Shown here one piece after another: positions 61,701 through 64,000 of a stretch of DNA of 64,000 nt. The notes below the pieces were generated by a model. It worked only from the letters and a program-made list of their open reading frames with translations, made no database searches and was not told where the DNA came from. How positions within the stretch are numbered: position 1 is the first letter of the stretch; every line of letters begins with the position of its first letter. The DNA lies in the NCBI RefSeq assembly GCF_009914755.1, contig NC_060947.1; one strand, 5' to 3'. The stretch is from the human T2T-CHM13v2.0 reference genome, Homo sapiens. Both the position numbers and the translations under genes were made by a program.

Positions 61701-64000
61701 TATACACTTGCAGATTCTACTACAAGGGTGTTGCAAACCTGAACTATCAAAGGAAGGTTCAACTCTGTGAGTTGAATACAAACATCACAAAGAATCCTCT
61801 GAGTTTGCTTCCGTTCAGTTATGGGAAGTTGATCCCGTTCCCAACGAAATCCTCAGAGAGGTCCAAATATCCCCTTGCAGATTCTACAAAACGTGTGTTT
61901 GGAAACTGCTCCATCATAACGAATGTTCAGCTCTCTGAGTTAAACTCCATCGTCACAAAGAATTTTCTGAGAGTGCTACCGTCTAGTTTTTATATGAAGT
62001 TCTTTCCTTTACTACCACAGGCCTCAAAGCGGTCCAAATCTCCACTTGCAGATTCTACAAAAAGAGTGTTTGCAAACTGCTCTATCAAAAGGAATGTTCA
62101 ACTCTGGGAGTTGAATGCAATCATCACAGAGCAGTTTCTGAGAATGCTTCTATGTCGTTTTTAGGAGAAGATATTTCCTTTTCCAACACAGTCCTCCAAG
62201 CCCGCTAAATATCCACTTGCACATTGTAGAAAAAGTGTGTCGAAGCTACGCTATCAAAGGGAAAGTTCAACTCTGTGAGGTGAATGCAAACATCCCAAAG
62301 AAGTTTCTGAGAATGCTTCCGTTTAGCTTTCAGGTGAAGATTATCCCGTTTCCAGCGAAATCTTCAAAGAGGTCCAAATATCCCCTTGCAGATCCCACAG
62401 AAAGAGTGTTTCGAAACTGCTGTTTCAAAAGGAATCTTCAACTCTGTGAGTTGAATGCAATCATCACAAAGAAGTTTCCGACAATGCTTCTCTCTCGTCT
62501 TTCTGTGAAGATAAAGGAAAAGGCTTTCAGGCCTTTTCCACCACAGGCCTGAAAGCGCTCCAAATGTCCACTTGCAGATTCTGCCAAAAGAATATTTCAA
62601 AACTGCTCTATGAAAAGCAATGTTAAACTCTGCGGCTCGAACACAAACATCACAAAGTAGTTTCTGAGAATGCTTCAGTTTAGTTTTTCTGTGGAAATAT
62701 TCCCGTTTCCAAAGAAATCTTCAAAGAGGTCCACGTATCCACTTACAGATTCTACAAAAAGACAGTTTCAAAACTGCTCAATCAAAAGGAGGGTTCAACT
62801 GTGTGACTTGAATGCAATCATCACTCAGAGGTTTCTGAGAATGCTTCTCTATAGTTTTTACGTGAACATATACCCGTTTCGAACGAAGGCCACCCAGTGG
62901 TCCAAATATCCACTTGCAGATTCTACAGAAAGAGTGTTTCGAACCTGAACTCTCAAAGGCAGGTTCATCTCTGCGAGTTAAATGCATTCATGATGAAGAA
63001 CTTTCTCAGCGTGTTTGTGTTTAGTTATGTGAAATTATTACCGTTTCCAACGAAATCCTCAGAGAGCTCCAAATATCCACCTGCAGATTCTACCAAAAGT
63101 GTATTTGGAAACTGCTCCATCAAAAGGCATGCTCAGCTCTGTGAGCGAAACTCCATCATCACAAAGAATATTCTGAGAATGCTTCCGTTTGCCTTTTATA
63201 TGAAGTTCCTTCCTATACGACCATAGGCCTCAAAACAGTCCAAATCTCCATTTGCAGATTCTACAAAAAGAGTGATTCCAATCTGCTCTATCAATAGGAT
63301 TGTTCAACTCCATGAGTTGAATGCCATCCTCACAAAGTCGTTTCTGAGAATGCTTTTATCTAGTTTTCATGTGAAGATATTTCCTTTTCCACCACAGGCC
63401 TCAAAGGCCTCCAAACGTCCACTTGCAGATTCTCGAAAAAGAGTGTTTCATAGCTGCTCTTTCAAAAGGAAAGTTCAACTCTGGGAGTTGAACACAAACA
63501 TCACAAAGTAGTTTCCGAGAATGCTTCTGTTTAGTTCTTATGTGAAGATGATCCCGTTTCCAGTGAAATCTTCAAAGAGGTCCACATATCCCCTTGCAGA
63601 TTCCAAAGAAAGAGGGTTTCAAAACTGCTCCATCAAAGGGATTGTGCAACTCTGTGAGTTGAATGCAGTCATCGCAGAAAACTTTCTGAGAATGCTTCTG
63701 TCTAGGTTTGATGTGAAGATATAGACGTTTCAAACGAAGGCTACAAAGTGGTCAAAATATACACTTGCAGATTCTACTACAAGGGTGTTGCAAACCTCAA
63801 CTGTCAAAGGAAGGTTCAACTCTGTGAGTTGAATACAAACATCACAAAGAATCCTCTGAGTTTGCTTCCGTTCAGTTATGGGAAGTTGATCCCGTTTCCA
63901 ACGAAATCCCCAGAGAGGTCCAAATATCCCCTTGCAGATTCTACAAAACGTGTGTTTGGAAACTGCTCCATCATAACGAATGTTCAGCTCTCTGAGTTAA

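Larger units (their letters stand above)
1..64000 (-). repeat. DXZ1: Centromeric alpha-satellite higher-order repeat array, 12-mer / 2057-bp unit, most likely human chromosome X DXZ1 (suprachromosomal family 3)
   Basis: Alphoid motifs (aaggttcaactctgtgagttgaatgc, tttctgagaatgctt, ccacttgcagattctac) recur every ~171 bp. The landmark 'gtggtcaaaatatacac' (one copy with a substitution) recurs at 185, 2242, 4299, 6355, 8412, 10469, 12526, 14582, 16639, 18696, 20753, 22810, 24867, 26924, 28795, 30851, 32893, then every 2057 bp to 63748. There is usually one GGATCC per unit (e.g. 884-889). A ~2.0-kb BamHI 12-mer is the established DXZ1 signature. Strand is given as '-' because CENP-B boxes read in their conventional orientation on the minus strand. 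Confidence 0.96.

Noticed and set aside
185-63724. Roughly 250 short ORFs (62-204 aa) on both strands
   Set aside because: They recur with the 2057-bp period, often start at GTG/TTG, overlap in several frames and are translations of the 171-bp (57-codon) monomer. Stops are gained and lost at random among copies, and I recognise no protein domain or gene structure.
1-64000. CRISPR-like or prokaryotic repeat-spacer system
   Set aside because: There are no unique spacers and no cas-like ORFs; the sequence between conserved motifs is itself repeated alphoid DNA.
1-64000. L1/Alu insertion, inversion or non-alphoid island
   Set aside because: Landmark spacing never exceeds 2057 bp and orientation is constant, leaving no room for an insertion. 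The A8 at 24753 is length-neutral and is not a poly(A) tail.
1-64000. Assigning the kinetochore (CENP-A / hypomethylated dip) site to this window
   Set aside because: This is epigenetically defined and cannot be read from sequence alone.

Overview
The whole 64-kb window is one uninterrupted, head-to-tail primate alpha-satellite array. It is built from ~171-bp monomers organised in a 12-monomer, 2057-bp higher-order repeat (HOR): 31 complete copies plus partial copies at both ends. The 2057-bp period, the single BamHI site per unit and the BBBAA-BA-BBBAA monomer order (SF3 pentamer-derived) match the human X-centromere array DXZ1. This identification rests on recognition and prior knowledge, not on a database search. 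No gene, RNA gene, transposon, inversion or CRISPR array is supported, and all ORFs in the track are periodic by-products of the repeat. I found no evidence of a new gene-encoded system. The features worth a second look are structural: (i) a templated double inverted-repeat insertion in one 186-bp monomer of each HOR; (ii) an 11-mer HOR that deletes exactly that monomer; (iii) a 14-bp deletion that clips a CENP-B box; (iv) biased decay of one of the four CENP-B boxes; (v) a HOR-haplotype transition around 18-25 kb; (vi) nested super-HOR periodicities (6171, 20570 and 4114 bp) with chimeric junction copies. HOR copies are numbered H1-H31 from position 185. All comparisons were made by eye.
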